This document shows positions 39,029 to 50,568 of a stretch of 64,000 bases of DNA, in pieces. The DNA is from Candidatus Binatus soli (lineage in GTDB: Bacteria > Desulfobacterota > Binatia > Binatales > Binataceae): positions 8,664-72,663 of the forward strand of contig DLMJ01000005.1 in assembly GCA_002479255.1 (NCBI GenBank), written 5' to 3'. A model generated the notes under the pieces. It was given only the letters and a program-made list of their open reading frames with translations. It was not told the origin of the DNA and did no database searches. Within the stretch, counting starts at the first letter, position 1; each line of letters begins with the position of its first letter. A program made the position numbers and the translations under genes.

Positions 39029-39457
39029 ATGGTACGCATCAAGGAACGCAGTTTTGGACAGGTTATTCGTGAGCGCAGACGGCAACTCAACCTCACTCAA
39101 GAGGAAGTAGCCCTTCGCATCAAAATCTCCACGCCATACGTCGGCCACCTGGAATCAGGCAAACGCCATCCTTCCGATAAGATTGTATCGCGCCTGGCGG
39201 AAGTACTCGGACTCGGTCGCCGTGAACTGTTTTTTCTCGCCAATCCTCGCGCGCAGGCGCTGCTGAGTCCCGAGACCGAGTCCGAGGCCGATTCGGCCTG
39301 GGATGATTTCAAGAAGAACGAGCAACTGCGGCGCGTTCACAACATTGCGGGCGACGAGATGGAGGTTCTTTCGCGAGTGGCGTTACTCGGCGACGTGCGT
39401 TCGGCGCGCGACTTCATCTATATCCTGAACACCGTGCGCCACGCAGTCGGAAGATAG
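39029..39457 (+). CDS. XRE-family HTH transcriptional regulator
   Basis: FGQVIRERRRQLNLTQEEVA, YVGHLESGKRHPS; RBS AAGGGG. Confidence 0.9.
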   Translation: MVRIKERSFGQVIRERRRQLNLTQEEVALRIKISTPYVGHLESGKRHPSDKIVSRLAEVLGLGRRELFFLANPRAQALLSPETESEADSAWDDFKKNEQLRRVHNIAGDEMEVLSRVALLGDVRSARDFIYILNTVRHAVGR

Positions 39458-39602
39458 GAAGTATCCGCAGCGCCGATTCGACCTTAAGCGCAACCGATTC
39501 GTTAAAGACGCGAGAGGAGTGCCTCCCGCGTCTTTTTCTTGCGCGCGCCAAAATCGCCGGTCTGGTCAAGATTGCATCGCACAGCCTAAGCTCCACTGCA
39601 TC

Positions 39603-40895
39603 ATGGGCGAGCCTGCACGTGCGCGCGATACCCCGCCTGGAATTCCGCGATGGCCGCAACGCTATACGGTCGTCGCGCTATTCTTTCTCGGCACCGCGCT
39701 TTGCTACATCGATCGCGTCAGCATCTCGGTCGCGATAATCCCGCTCGCCCGCCAATTCGGCTACAACTCCACCGCGCAGGGGCTCGTGCTGTCGGCGGTG
39801 TTCTGGGGATACCTGTGGACGCAGCTCGTCGGTGGATGGATGGCCGATCGATTCGGCGGCCATCGCGTGCTGGCGGCCGGGGTCGCGATCTGGTCGCTGG
39901 CAACCTTCATTACGCCTTTCGCCGCTGCCGCGGCATTTTCCGCGTTGCTCGCGGCTCGCGTGCTGCTCGGGCTGGGCGAGGGGGTGAACTTTCCATCGAT
40001 TCACAGTCTGACTGCTCGCTGGACGTTGCCGTCCGAGCGCGCGCGCGTGTTATCCGTCAACTATAGTGGGATGTACGTGGGGACAGTCGCGGCGCTCAGT
40101 GCAAGTCCGCTGATCATTACGTCTTTCGGATGGCCCGCACTGTTCTATATTTCGGGCGCGCTCGGCGCGGTGTGGGTCGTAGCCTGGATGTACTTGGCCG
40201 CCGACCGGCCTGAGACGTCATCGCGCATCGGCGCCGCCGAACTCGAACTGATCGTGTCGTTGCGCTCGGCAGCGCCGCGCGCGATCCGGGTGCCGTGGGC
40301 GGCAATCGCGCGCGAGAAAGCGGTATGGGCGATCGTCGTCGCGCATTTTTGCAGCAACTTCGGATTTAACATTCTGCTGCTCTGGCTGCCGACCTATCTG
40401 CATCACAGCTTTGGCGTGCCGCTGGAACGCGTCGGCGGGTATTCGATAATTCCATGGATCGCGACATTCTTCGTGATAACTTTCTCGGGCTGGCTGGCCG
40501 ACGCCCTTATCGGGCGCGGCTTCGGCGTCGGGACGGTACGAAAGTCGATGCAGACCACGGCATTTGCGATCGGTGCGATATCGCTGCTGGTAGTGCCCGC
40601 AGCGGGTTCGCCGGCGATGGCGATTGCGCTGCTCACGGTCGCAGCCTCGGCTAACGGCATCAGTTCCGCGGCCTTCGGGGTGAATCACCTGGACGTCGCC
40701 CCGACCTACGCCGGAATCCTGATGGGAATCTCGAACACCATCGCGACCATCCCCGGTATCATCGGCGTCGCCGCAACGGGCCTGATTGTGCAGGCGACCA
40801 GGTCGTTCAGCGCGGTCTTTTTTCTGATCGCGGCAGTCTATGGCCTCGGAATGTTCTTCTACCTGCGATGGGCCAGCGGCGAGCAGATGATCTGA
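39603..40895 (+). CDS. MFS transporter, anion:cation symporter (ACS/SLC17-like)
   Basis: CYIDRVSISVA, GGWMADRFGG, LGLGEGVNFP, WLPTYL, NHLDVAPTYAGILMGISNT. Confidence 0.9.
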   Translation: MGEPARARDTPPGIPRWPQRYTVVALFFLGTALCYIDRVSISVAIIPLARQFGYNSTAQGLVLSAVFWGYLWTQLVGGWMADRFGGHRVLAAGVAIWSLATFITPFAAAAAFSALLAARVLLGLGEGVNFPSIHSLTARWTLPSERARVLSVNYSGMYVGTVAALSASPLIITSFGWPALFYISGALGAVWVVAWMYLAADRPETSSRIGAAELELIVSLRSAAPRAIRVPWAAIAREKAVWAIVVAHFCSNFGFNILLLWLPTYLHHSFGVPLERVGGYSIIPWIATFFVITFSGWLADALIGRGFGVGTVRKSMQTTAFAIGAISLLVVPAAGSPAMAIALLTVAASANGISSAAFGVNHLDVAPTYAGILMGISNTIATIPGIIGVAATGLIVQATRSFSAVFFLIAAVYGLGMFFYLRWASGEQMI

Positions 40896-40985
40896 AGTCT
40901 CGCGCGACGCGGCGCCGGCTTTCCGGTGGCGCGGTGGCCGGGAGCCGGACTATACCGTGAGCACGAACAGGATCGCGAATAATCG

Positions 40986-42260
40986 ATGAGCCAGCCGGGC
41001 AAACTCTCGCCCTACCGATGGATTATCGAGGTCCTGCTGCTGTTGCTGTTGACCGCGCAGTCGCTCGCCTGGCTCGCGCCCGCACCAATACTCCAGGAAA
41101 TAAGGAACGGGCTCAAAATCTCGCTCGGCGATGCGGGCCTGATCATCTCGATCATCGCGCTATGCATCGGCATCTTCTCGCTTTTGGGCGCTGTGGTCGC
41201 CGAGCGGATCGGCGCGCTGCATGCGCTGGTGATCGGAATCTGGTTGCTGGCGATCGGACAGGTCGCCAGCGGCTACGCGCCTAATTTTGCCGCGCTGCTC
41301 GCCTGCCGCGTGCTGGAGGGGATCGGCTACGGGCTCGTGATCGCGCCGCCCGGAACGCTCACGATGCAATGGTTCGGCGAAGGCGAATGGCCGTACATCA
41401 ATATGATCAACTTCGCCTTCAGCTTCGTCGGACTCACCGCCGTGTTCCGCGCGACACCGGCGCTGTTCGCGGCGGTCGGGTCGTGGCGGATGGTCCTGCT
41501 GTGGTACGGCGTCGGATCGGCGGGCGTCGCGCTGTTGTGGACGCTTTTCGGCCGCGAGCATCGCAGCGGAACCAGCGTGTCCGCACCGGGCGCGATCGAA
41601 GCGCCGGCCGAGCGCGGGTCAGCACTGATGGAAGTCGCGAAGATGCGCAACGTGCTCTTGATCGCGGCCGGGCTGTTCGGCGGGATGTGGGTGTTCCAGA
41701 TTTACACCGCGTTTCTCCCCGAGTTCTTCCGCACCTACCGCGGCATGACGCTCTCGCGAGCCTCGCTGATGACGCAGGTGCTGCCGTTCGCCGGCCTGTT
41801 CGCGGCGTTGGGCGGCGGAATCGGCACCGGGATGTCGGGGCTGCGCAAGCCGTTCACATGGCCGATCGCGTTCACAAACCTGGTCGGATGCGCCGGTGCG
41901 ATTGTGCTGCGCGATCCGATGTGGATCAGGCTCTCGCTGGTGCTGGTCGGGATCGGAGCGGCGGGATCGCTCGCCGCGCTCACAACCCTGCTGATGGAAT
42001 TACCCGGCATGAATCCGACGCGGCTGGGAGCCGCAATCGGCTTCGTTTGGGCGATCGGCTACTTCGGCGCGTTCATCTCGCCCTTTCTGGGCGGCGCGCT
42101 CGCGGCGCGGATCGGACTGCGCACCGTGATGCTTGGCTTTCTGGTCTTCCAATTCCTGCCGATCGTGATGTTTTACCTGCTGCCGGAAACCGGGCCGGGC
42201 CGCACGCGTTATGAAATCGCCGCCGCCTCCGCGGCGCCTCATCCGGCGCCCAAGGCCTAG
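40986..42260 (+). CDS. MFS transporter (CynX-like)
   Basis: About 12 hydrophobic segments, AERIG loop motif, CRVLEGIGYG. Confidence 0.85.
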   Translation: MSQPGKLSPYRWIIEVLLLLLLTAQSLAWLAPAPILQEIRNGLKISLGDAGLIISIIALCIGIFSLLGAVVAERIGALHALVIGIWLLAIGQVASGYAPNFAALLACRVLEGIGYGLVIAPPGTLTMQWFGEGEWPYINMINFAFSFVGLTAVFRATPALFAAVGSWRMVLLWYGVGSAGVALLWTLFGREHRSGTSVSAPGAIEAPAERGSALMEVAKMRNVLLIAAGLFGGMWVFQIYTAFLPEFFRTYRGMTLSRASLMTQVLPFAGLFAALGGGIGTGMSGLRKPFTWPIAFTNLVGCAGAIVLRDPMWIRLSLVLVGIGAAGSLAALTTLLMELPGMNPTRLGAAIGFVWAIGYFGAFISPFLGGALAARIGLRTVMLGFLVFQFLPIVMFYLLPETGPGRTRYEIAAASAAPHPAPKA

Positions 42261-42313
42261 CAGAGTGTTCAAAAACTGATCTCGATCTTTTTCTTAACAC
42301 TGGCTACCCGTGC

Positions 42314-43168
<855 letters not shown>

Positions 43169-43361
43169 CGTTCCTTCCAGGCCTCGAGATGCGGCGCGAG
43201 TTGACCGGCAACGGCCTCTCGATCAGCCGCGGAAATCCTATCGTCACCTCGGCGGCGATTCCATCGCAGACTGGTTTGCCCTATCTGCGATCATAAATCT
43301 AAGATGGCGGCGGGGACCAGGGAAGAACGAAAGACGAAACTCGCCGGCTTGGGGAGCATCG

Positions 43362-44180
43362 ATGGCGGTTATCGCGATCAGTCAGCAGATAGGCAGCAGG
43401 GGCGTCGAACTCGGCGAACTCGCGGCGCGGGAACTCGGTTATCGGTTCCAGACCGGCGAGCAACTAATCGCCGAGACGGCGAAGCGCTTCAACGTGAGCG
43501 CCGAGCAAGTGAAATGGTTTGACGTACACAACCCCCACTTCTGGGAGCGGAAGACCGAGAGCAGCCGTTTCGCCGCGTACTATCGCGCCGTCTTCCTGCA
43601 AGCGGCCGCGCAAGACCGGATCGTCTTCGCAGGACGCGGTTCGGCGCATTTTCTCCCAGAAGGCGGATGCGGCATCAGGGTGCGTACGATGGCTCCGGTG
43701 GCCGAGCGCATCAAACAGGTGGCGAAAGACGAGAACCTCGCAGTGGTGGCGGCCGACAAGCGCGTTCGCGACTTCGACACGGAAGTGAAAGCGCGCACTC
43801 AGAGTCTGTTCGGGCAGGATATAGACTCCCCCGCGATTTACGACCTGGTTATCAACACCGCGCGCCTTTCGCTGAGATCGCACGCGAAAACTCTTGCGGC
43901 GCTCGCGACTCATATCGACAGTGAGGGCAACCCGGAGCGAACGAAAGTGATGCGCGACGCCGCGATCGCTGCTCTGGTCAATGCGGCATTGGTGGCGCAT
44001 CCGAAAATTCGCGACGCGCAGATGTCAGTCAATTGCTCGGCGGGATGCGTGCGCGTGAGCGGTCCGGGACTGGTGCCGCCGTGGGACGATCTCGTGATCG
44101 GAGTCGCGCAAACCATCGAAGGAGTCGCATCGGTCGAGGTCGGCGCCGAAGAAGACCCTGTAACCTTGACGAACAGCTAG
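43362..44180 (+). CDS. Cytidylate kinase-like family protein with C-terminal BON-like domain
   Basis: IAISQQIGSRG, VFAGRG, YDLVINT; ATG at 43362 after GGGGAG. Confidence 0.82.
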   Translation: MAVIAISQQIGSRGVELGELAARELGYRFQTGEQLIAETAKRFNVSAEQVKWFDVHNPHFWERKTESSRFAAYYRAVFLQAAAQDRIVFAGRGSAHFLPEGGCGIRVRTMAPVAERIKQVAKDENLAVVAADKRVRDFDTEVKARTQSLFGQDIDSPAIYDLVINTARLSLRSHAKTLAALATHIDSEGNPERTKVMRDAAIAALVNAALVAHPKIRDAQMSVNCSAGCVRVSGPGLVPPWDDLVIGVAQTIEGVASVEVGAEEDPVTLTNS

Positions 44181-44280
44181 CTGCTGGTCGCGGATGCTCC
44201 TGCATCTGCGGCCCGCGCACTCGATCGCACTTACCCCGCTGCGGCCTGCCATGCTATCTTGGCGCAATCCGTTTCAGCCG

Positions 44281-44742
44281 ATGCGCTCGCTCATCATCTT
44301 CTTCGCCACTGGATTCTATTCCGGTTACTCTCCGATTGCGCCGGGAACCGCAGGCTCGGTGGTCGGGCTGGCGGTAGTATGGCTGGTTTTCGGCCCGCTC
44401 TGGGAGCATTCCCATCCGCTATGTTTGCTGGTCTTCGCGATCGCGTTTGCGATCGCGTGCTGGATTTCCGATCGCGCCGAGAAAATATTCGATCAGCACG
44501 ACGATTCGCGCATCGTGATCGATGAAGTGCTCGGCATGGTCGCCACGATGTTCGGCAATCCGCTTACGGTCGGCTATATGATCATGGGATTCATTCTGTT
44601 TCGAGTGGCCGACGTGATTAAACCGTGGCCGGCGAACCTGATCGATCGCCGCATGCGCAACGGCGCGGGCGTAATGCTGGATGATTTGGTGGCGGCGATT
44701 TATGCGAATATCGTGCTGCAGGTGATCGTGCGCGTGCTCTGA
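44281..44742 (+). CDS. pgpA: Phosphatidylglycerophosphatase A
   Basis: GYSPIAPGTAGS, IVIDEVLG, FRVADVIKPWP, GVMLDDLVAA. Confidence 0.93.
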   Translation: MRSLIIFFATGFYSGYSPIAPGTAGSVVGLAVVWLVFGPLWEHSHPLCLLVFAIAFAIACWISDRAEKIFDQHDDSRIVIDEVLGMVATMFGNPLTVGYMIMGFILFRVADVIKPWPANLIDRRMRNGAGVMLDDLVAAIYANIVLQVIVRVL

Positions 44743-44768
44743 ACATACGCGCCCGCGAGGAGCTCCCG

Positions 44769-46052
44769 ATGATTCAAAGCGCTGTGATTCTTTCAACCGG
44801 CGACGAAATCACCAGCGGCAAGGTCGTCGATACCAACGCCAACTACCTTTCCGACAAGCTCTCGGAAATTGGAATCGATCTCGTCGCGGTGATTACGGTC
44901 GGCGACGTTCCCGACCGTCTGGAATGGGCATGGCGCACAGCCATCGCGATGGGCGATGTCGTGATCTCGACCGGCGGCATCGGACCGACCGCCGACGACC
45001 TGACCACCGAAACCGTTGCGCGCGTCGCGGGCGTGAAATTGTGGCGCGACGAGGCCACCGTCGAAAACATGAAGCGCTTGTTTGCGGCGATTGGCCGCCC
45101 AATGCCCGACAACAATCTCAAGCAGGCGCTCTTTCCCGACGGTGCGGCGGTCATCCAGAATCCGCTCGGCACGGCGCCCGGCTTCCGGATGCCGGCAACG
45201 ATCGGCGGCCATACCGCGCATCTGATCGTCCTGCCCGGCGTGCCCCGCGAAATGAAACCGATGATGGAAAATACGCTGATACCGTGGATCTCCGCGAATC
45301 GCGGCACCGACAAAGTTTACGCGGTTCGCGTCTTCCAGACCTTCGGGATGAGCGAGTCGGCGCTCGACGAAGCGGTGGCGGGATTGATCAAACCGGAAGA
45401 GGCCAAGGTCTCGTTCCGCGCGAGCTTCCCGCAGATTTCATTGAAGATCAGAGTCGAGGGACAACCCGGCGAAGTCGATCGCAGGGTCGAAGAGCTGTCC
45501 CGGCGGGTGCGCGAGAAAATCTCGCAGTTCGTTTACGCCGAAGGCGATACCTCGATGGAGGAAGTCGTCGGCCGCTTGTTCATAGAAAAGAAATTTACTC
45601 TGGCGGTCGCCGAATCATGCACCGGCGGGCTGATCGGACATCGCATCACCAACGTTCCCGGCTGCTCGCAATACTTCAAGGGTGACCTCGTCACCTATTC
45701 CAACGACGTGAAGTCCGGCGTGCTCGGCGTTTCCGAGGAGACGCTGAAAACGCACGGCGCCGTGAGCGAAGAATGCGTGCGCGAGATGGCGGCCGGCGTT
45801 CGCAAACGCACGGGCGCGAGCGTGTCGGTCGCGACCTCGGGCATCGCGGGCCCCGACGGCGGCACACCGGACAAGCCGGTCGGCACGGTCTGCATCGCGC
45901 TGTCAGCCGACGATCGGAGCTTCACGCGCCGATACCAGTTCCGCGGCACTCGCGACTGGGTGAAACTGATCACCTCGCAAGTCGCGCTCGACTGGTTGCG
46001 GCGCTACGCGCTGGGTCTGCCGATCGCGGATTCCACGCTGTTCCGCCGCTAA
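44769..46052 (+). CDS. cinA: Competence/damage-inducible protein CinA (MoCF-like plus PncC NMN deamidase)
   Basis: GDEITSGKVVDTNA, GGIGPTADDLT, LPGVPREM, AVAESCTGG, HGAVSEE, SGIAGPDGG..KPVG. Confidence 0.95.
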   Translation: MIQSAVILSTGDEITSGKVVDTNANYLSDKLSEIGIDLVAVITVGDVPDRLEWAWRTAIAMGDVVISTGGIGPTADDLTTETVARVAGVKLWRDEATVENMKRLFAAIGRPMPDNNLKQALFPDGAAVIQNPLGTAPGFRMPATIGGHTAHLIVLPGVPREMKPMMENTLIPWISANRGTDKVYAVRVFQTFGMSESALDEAVAGLIKPEEAKVSFRASFPQISLKIRVEGQPGEVDRRVEELSRRVREKISQFVYAEGDTSMEEVVGRLFIEKKFTLAVAESCTGGLIGHRITNVPGCSQYFKGDLVTYSNDVKSGVLGVSEETLKTHGAVSEECVREMAAGVRKRTGASVSVATSGIAGPDGGTPDKPVGTVCIALSADDRSFTRRYQFRGTRDWVKLITSQVALDWLRRYALGLPIADSTLFRR

Positions 46053-46088
46053 CGCGCCCGGTATTGATGGCGCGCGCGCATCTCCATT

Positions 46089-46829
46089 TCAGCTCGCGTG
46101 CTTGACGTCGCCGTTGGCGGCCGCGTTGGCTGCGGCCGTGAAAATATCCATCGGCGCCAGCGGCGGCCGGCGCTTGCGCTTCAAGTCCGCCAGTTCGGCC
46201 TGAGCCTTGGCCTCGGCGTTGCGCTGACGGATCGCCTCGAGCTTGTCGCCGAGTTCGGAGCCGGCGATTTCGTGATTGACGCCCGCCTGCGCGAGCATCC
46301 GCTGAATCGACTCGCGCACTTCTTCGAGCGCGCGAACGTCGTCATCGTAGGAAATCTCCTCGAGCGCACGCTGGATTCGTACCCGCGCCTGCGCGTTCTT
46401 CAGCCGTGCGATCATTCGCACCTTTTCGACCTTGAGCTTCTCGATCTCGCCCTTGAACGCGATCAAATTCTTCTTCGCGTCCTCGGCTTCCGAAGTCAGT
46501 TCGCCGAGTTCTTCGCGCAGCCGCGTGCAATCGCCGTCGAGGATGTGTTTGCGCTGAATCAGAATCAGCGCGCATTGATCCTCGTTCATGTCGGCGGCCT
46601 GCCCCGCTTCTTCGTCGACTTCCGCCATCTCGGCGAGCTTTTCACGCAGCTCGCGCTCGAGCTTGTTGCGCATGTAGATGACGCCGGCCGCCGCGGTCTT
46701 GAGCTGGTGATAGCGCCACACCCGATCCGAGATTGCGGACTCGTACACCGCCTCGGGGTCGCGCGCCTCGCGCGCTTTAATCCAGCGGCTGAACTTGCCT
46801 CCGATCAATTTGAATAATCTTGACAGCAC
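46089..46829 (-). CDS. PspA/IM30 family protein
   Basis: N-terminal amphipathic helix, DPEAVYE, long coiled coil, AELADLK end; RBS AAAGGAG before the GTG. Confidence 0.82.
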   Translation of the reverse strand: MLSRLFKLIGGKFSRWIKAREARDPEAVYESAISDRVWRYHQLKTAAAGVIYMRNKLERELREKLAEMAEVDEEAGQAADMNEDQCALILIQRKHILDGDCTRLREELGELTSEAEDAKKNLIAFKGEIEKLKVEKVRMIARLKNAQARVRIQRALEEISYDDDVRALEEVRESIQRMLAQAGVNHEIAGSELGDKLEAIRQRNAEAKAQAELADLKRKRRPPLAPMDIFTAAANAAANGDVKHAS

Positions 46830-46889
46830 TTTCGTTCTCCTTTCGGCGCCGAGCGTGATGCGCTCGCGTAGCCGCCTGTTATTAAAGTT

Positions 46890-47372
46890 TCAGATCCAAC
46901 GTCTGACGCGATTCTTGTAAGCGACGTAATCATTGCCGAAGAGGCGCTCCAGCGTTTCCTCCTCGCGCGGAATTACCATCCGATCGATCACCGCATAGAA
47001 CACCGCCGGCGCCAGCAGCATCGCGATCGAACTGAAGAAGATTGCCAGTCCGAACAACGCGGTCGCGACGCCCAGGTACATGGGGTTTCGCGTCCAGCTG
47101 TACGGCGCCTGCGCGACGAACGCGGTCGGCTCGCCATACGGATTCCTGGTCGTCTCGCGGGCCTGAAAAATCGCGGCCGCGAAGCACGACACTCCCACGC
47201 CGGCCGCAACGACCAGCAGGCCGATCACCTGATACCATCCCACCGTGCGCTCTTCGGGCAGGATGAAGTGCAGCACCAGCGTGCCCAGCACCAGCGCGCC
47301 CGCCAGCAGGGGAGGATAAATCTTCGTCGTCGAGAGCACAGTGCCAGGGGACTCAGGTTCGGTGGAGTTCAT
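46890..47372 (-). CDS. Isoprenylcysteine carboxyl-methyltransferase / PEMT family membrane protein
   Basis: PYSWTRNPMYLG, IPREEETLERLFGNDYVAYKNRVRRWI. Confidence 0.9.
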   Translation of the reverse strand: MNSTEPESPGTVLSTTKIYPPLLAGALVLGTLVLHFILPEERTVGWYQVIGLLVVAAGVGVSCFAAAIFQARETTRNPYGEPTAFVAQAPYSWTRNPMYLGVATALFGLAIFFSSIAMLLAPAVFYAVIDRMVIPREEETLERLFGNDYVAYKNRVRRWI

Positions 47373-47400
47373 CGCTTACCGTCTCCGTATCTGCGCGAAA

Positions 47401-48855
47401 TCAATTCCCGTCACCCTTGGGCGCAAGCCCGATATCCGCGAGTGTGATCCCGAGTTCGCGCATTTTTTGTTGAAAGCTTTGCCGGTACATCCCGGTTCGT
47501 TCCGCGGCGCGCGAGATATTGCCGCCCGTCGCCCGCAGCGCGCGGATGAAAAAATCGCGTTCCCAATCGCCGACGAATTTTTCTTTCGCCTCGCGAAACG
47601 TCAGCGCCGGGTCGCTGCCTTCGCCGGTCGCAGGTGTGTGATTCGACGCGCCCGGCGCGGGCAGACTGGCGTGGTCGCCATCCGGTTCCGAGCCGGCGAA
47701 AAGATCTTCGGCGGTGATCTCGGCGCCTGACGACAGGATCACCGCCTGTTCGATTGCCGCCTTGAGCGAACGCGCGTTGCCTTTCCACGGCGCCTCGACA
47801 CACGCGCGCATCGCCTCCGCCGTAAGCTGCTTCCGGGGCGCGGAGAAACGTTGGCATGCCTCCGCGATGAAGTGCTGGACCATCAGCGGAACGTCTTCGC
47901 GCCGCTCGCGAATCGGCGGCACCCGAATCTCCACCACCTTCAGGCGGTAGTAGAGATCCTCGCGAAACTTTCCCTGCGCGATCATCGCTTCGAGGTCCTG
48001 ATTGGTCGCCGCGATTATCCGCACGTCCACGCTCAGCGGTTGATTCCCGCCGATCCGCTCGAACCGCTGCTCCTGCAGCACGCGCAGCAATTTGGCCTGC
48101 GTCTCGAGCGCCATGTCGCCGATCTCGTCCAGGAACAATGTGCCGCCGTCGGCGGCTTCGAATTTGCCTTCGCGGCGCGCGACGGCGCCGGTAAACGCGC
48201 CCTTTTCGTGGCCGAACAGCTCGCTCTCGACCAGCTCGCGCGAGAACGCCGCGCAATTGACCGGGATAAACGGCTTGCGCGCGCGCGGACTTCGAAAATG
48301 GATCGCGCGTGCAACCAGCTCCTTGCCGGTGCCGGATTCGCCGCGTATCAAAACCGTGACGTCGGTCGGCGCGACCTTGTCGATCGTCTCGAACACGCGC
48401 ATCATCGTGCGCGATCTCCCGACCATATTCTCGAAAACTCCGGTCTCCAGACGCACCTGTTCGAGCAGTTGGCTATGCGCGCGCTTGAGCAGCTGCGTCT
48501 CCATCACCTTGCGCACTTTCAGGCGCAGCTCGTCGTTGTCGAACGGCTTGGGCAGGTAGTCCTCCGCCCCCGCCTTCATCGCTTCGACTGCGATTCGCTG
48601 CGTGCCGAACGCGGTGATCATCAGCACGGCGCACGCGGGATCGAGTTCGCGGACCTGCTTGAGCAATTCAAGCCCGCTCATTCCCTTCATGCTGAGATCG
48701 GTGATGATCACGTGGAACAGGCCGGCCTTGACCTTCTCGAGCGCTTCCTCGCCCGATTCCGCGGTCTCGACTTCGTAGCCCTCCTTGGTGAAGAGCCCCT
48801 TGAGCGCGATGACGATTCCGCGCTCGTCGTCAACTACCAGCAATCGGCCTTTCAA
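47401..48855 (-). CDS. Sigma54-dependent response regulator (NtrC/AtoC family)
   Basis: Receiver (VVDD, TDL, PKPF), [31 protein letters not shown], Fis [14 protein letters not shown]. Confidence 0.95.
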   Translation of the reverse strand: MKGRLLVVDDERGIVIALKGLFTKEGYEVETAESGEEALEKVKAGLFHVIITDLSMKGMSGLELLKQVRELDPACAVLMITAFGTQRIAVEAMKAGAEDYLPKPFDNDELRLKVRKVMETQLLKRAHSQLLEQVRLETGVFENMVGRSRTMMRVFETIDKVAPTDVTVLIRGESGTGKELVARAIHFRSPRARKPFIPVNCAAFSRELVESELFGHEKGAFTGAVARREGKFEAADGGTLFLDEIGDMALETQAKLLRVLQEQRFERIGGNQPLSVDVRIIAATNQDLEAMIAQGKFREDLYYRLKVVEIRVPPIRERREDVPLMVQHFIAEACQRFSAPRKQLTAEAMRACVEAPWKGNARSLKAAIEQAVILSSGAEITAEDLFAGSEPDGDHASLPAPGASNHTPATGEGSDPALTFREAKEKFVGDWERDFFIRALRATGGNISRAAERTGMYRQSFQQKMRELGITLADIGLAPKGDGN

Positions 48856-50366
48856 TTGCGCGCCCTCGAGCTCTCGGTGGACGGCGAACCCGATCCCGGC
48901 GGGACGATCGGCGCGTCCACCGCGCCACGACCGTTGTTTCCCGGCGCCGGTTCCACGGCCGTTTCGATCGCCGGCTCGGCGGACGATTCGATCGATGAAT
49001 CGGCGCTGTCGCGCACCGCGTCGCTGAGCGGAATCGCCAGCACGAATTCGGTTCCCTGGCCCACTTTGCTTTGCACCTCGATCGTTCCGCGATGCGCGTC
49101 GATTACTTTTTTCGCGACGCCCAGCCCGAGCCCGGTGCCATTGGTCTTCGACGTGTAGAACGGATTGAAAATCTTGGCGATCTTGTCGTCCGCAATTCCG
49201 CAGCCGTTGTCGCGAATCCTGACCGCGGCCATTCCCGCGCCATTGTTCTGTATCGCGAACTCGAGCCGGCGCTCGCCGCTCGTCGATTCCATCGCGTCGA
49301 TGGCGTTGTCTATGATGTTGGAAAAAACCTGCCGCAGCTTGTCGGCGTCGGCGCGCACGGTCGGACCGCTCAGGTATGCGCGCGACACCGCCACCGAGTT
49401 CGCCTCCAGCTTGCTGCGCATCTGCGTCAGCGCGCCGTCGAGCACCGACGCGAGATTTGCGTTTTCAAACTTGTAGTCTTCTTCTTTCGCGTATTTGAGC
49501 AGATGCGACACGCTGCGCTCGACACGTGCAAGCTCGTCGAGCGCGACCTTCGCGTATTCCACGTTCTCGTGCGAAGTCGGATCCTCGCCCATCTGCTGCA
49601 CCAGGCTCTTCGCCGCCGCGATCGGATTTCGGATTTCGTGGGCAAAGGTCGCGGTCAACTCGTCCAGCGACGCCTGCTTCTCCGTCCGCAGTTGCTCCTT
49701 CTCCTGCAAAACTTCGCGCTGAACTTCGCGTGCGATCGCGGGATCGAAAACCCGCTGATGAACCCATCGCCAGCCGTACACCGCCGCAAAGTGGCTCGCG
49801 ACTCCAAATCCCCAGAAAAGCGCCGGCCACAGGAACCACGGATATCCGCCGAACCCTCCCGTCAGCAGATTGATGATGAACAGGAAGCCGATGACGATGC
49901 CGTACCACATCAGGTGCACGAAGAAACCCGCCTCGGCCTGGGCGCGTTTGTGCGCGCGCTCGTAGGTCTGGCGCTCGGCGTCGTTCTTGAACTGCGGTGG
50001 CGGCGGCAAATCATTGGCGGGATCCAGGCTGACGCCGCCGTATTTCTGCGTCTGCCGATCGAATCGCGCCCGCAGCTTGCGCTCGAATCGCTCGGCCTTG
50101 GCCTCGAACTTGCGCGCCATCTTGGTATCGAAGTCGCGCTTTATTTTGGAATGAAGATCGTTTGCGAAGCGCTCAGCCGACGCCGTCGTCGAAACCTTCG
50201 CGTCTTCCGCCCACTTCGACCAGTCACGGTGCGACCACTTTGACCAGTCGTGCTTCGACCAGTCGTGCTTCGACCAGTCGCCGTATTTCATCCAGCGCAG
50301 ACGGTTCCGCTTTCGATGTTGCACGACGGCGTAAATGATTAACGCTGCTAAAAGGATGCCCCACAT
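48852..50366 (-). CDS. Sensor histidine kinase with 2TM domain and N-terminal Trp-rich repeats
   Basis: H-box AHEIRNP, N-box [30 protein letters not shown]; 2TM-like GFFVHLMWY...[13 protein letters not shown]. Confidence 0.93.
   Translation of the reverse strand: MWGILLAALIIYAVVQHRKRNRLRWMKYGDWSKHDWSKHDWSKWSHRDWSKWAEDAKVSTTASAERFANDLHSKIKRDFDTKMARKFEAKAERFERKLRARFDRQTQKYGGVSLDPANDLPPPPQFKNDAERQTYERAHKRAQAEAGFFVHLMWYGIVIGFLFIINLLTGGFGGYPWFLWPALFWGFGVASHFAAVYGWRWVHQRVFDPAIAREVQREVLQEKEQLRTEKQASLDELTATFAHEIRNPIAAAKSLVQQMGEDPTSHENVEYAKVALDELARVERSVSHLLKYAKEEDYKFENANLASVLDGALTQMRSKLEANSVAVSRAYLSGPTVRADADKLRQVFSNIIDNAIDAMESTSGERRLEFAIQNNGAGMAAVRIRDNGCGIADDKIAKIFNPFYTSKTNGTGLGLGVAKKVIDAHRGTIEVQSKVGQGTEFVLAIPLSDAVRDSADSSIESSAEPAIETAVEPAPGNNGRGAVDAPIVPPGSGSPSTESSRARN
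50213..50280 (-). repeat. 15 bp coding tandem repeat (DWSKH) in the kinase N-terminus
   Basis: GACCAGTCGTGCTTC at 50242 and 50257, a partial copy at 50272, and degenerate copies at 50213-50241. Confidence 0.85.
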
Positions 50367-50467
50367 TTTGTCTCACCTGGGGCCGGAAATGCCGGTCCGT
50401 GTAATTGACCTATCGTAGTCGTCAGAACTAACACAATCGATGCCATCTGCCAGTCCTGACCTCTAAC

Positions 50468-50483
50468 TGCAAAGCCGATGCCG
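50468..50483 (-). promoter_or_regulatory. Sigma54 (-24/-12) promoter for the kinase-regulator-ICMT-pspA operon
   Basis: Minus strand reads CGGCATCGGCTTTGCA, i.e. GG-N10-GC with TTGCA, about 100 bp upstream of the kinase start. Confidence 0.7.
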
Positions 50484-50568
50484 ACGCACGATTGCGCCAA
50501 AAGCCGAGTATTCGTGCGGATTCCAACGATCGCTCGCGCGTGCGTGACGGCTGAGTGCAGTCGCAACG

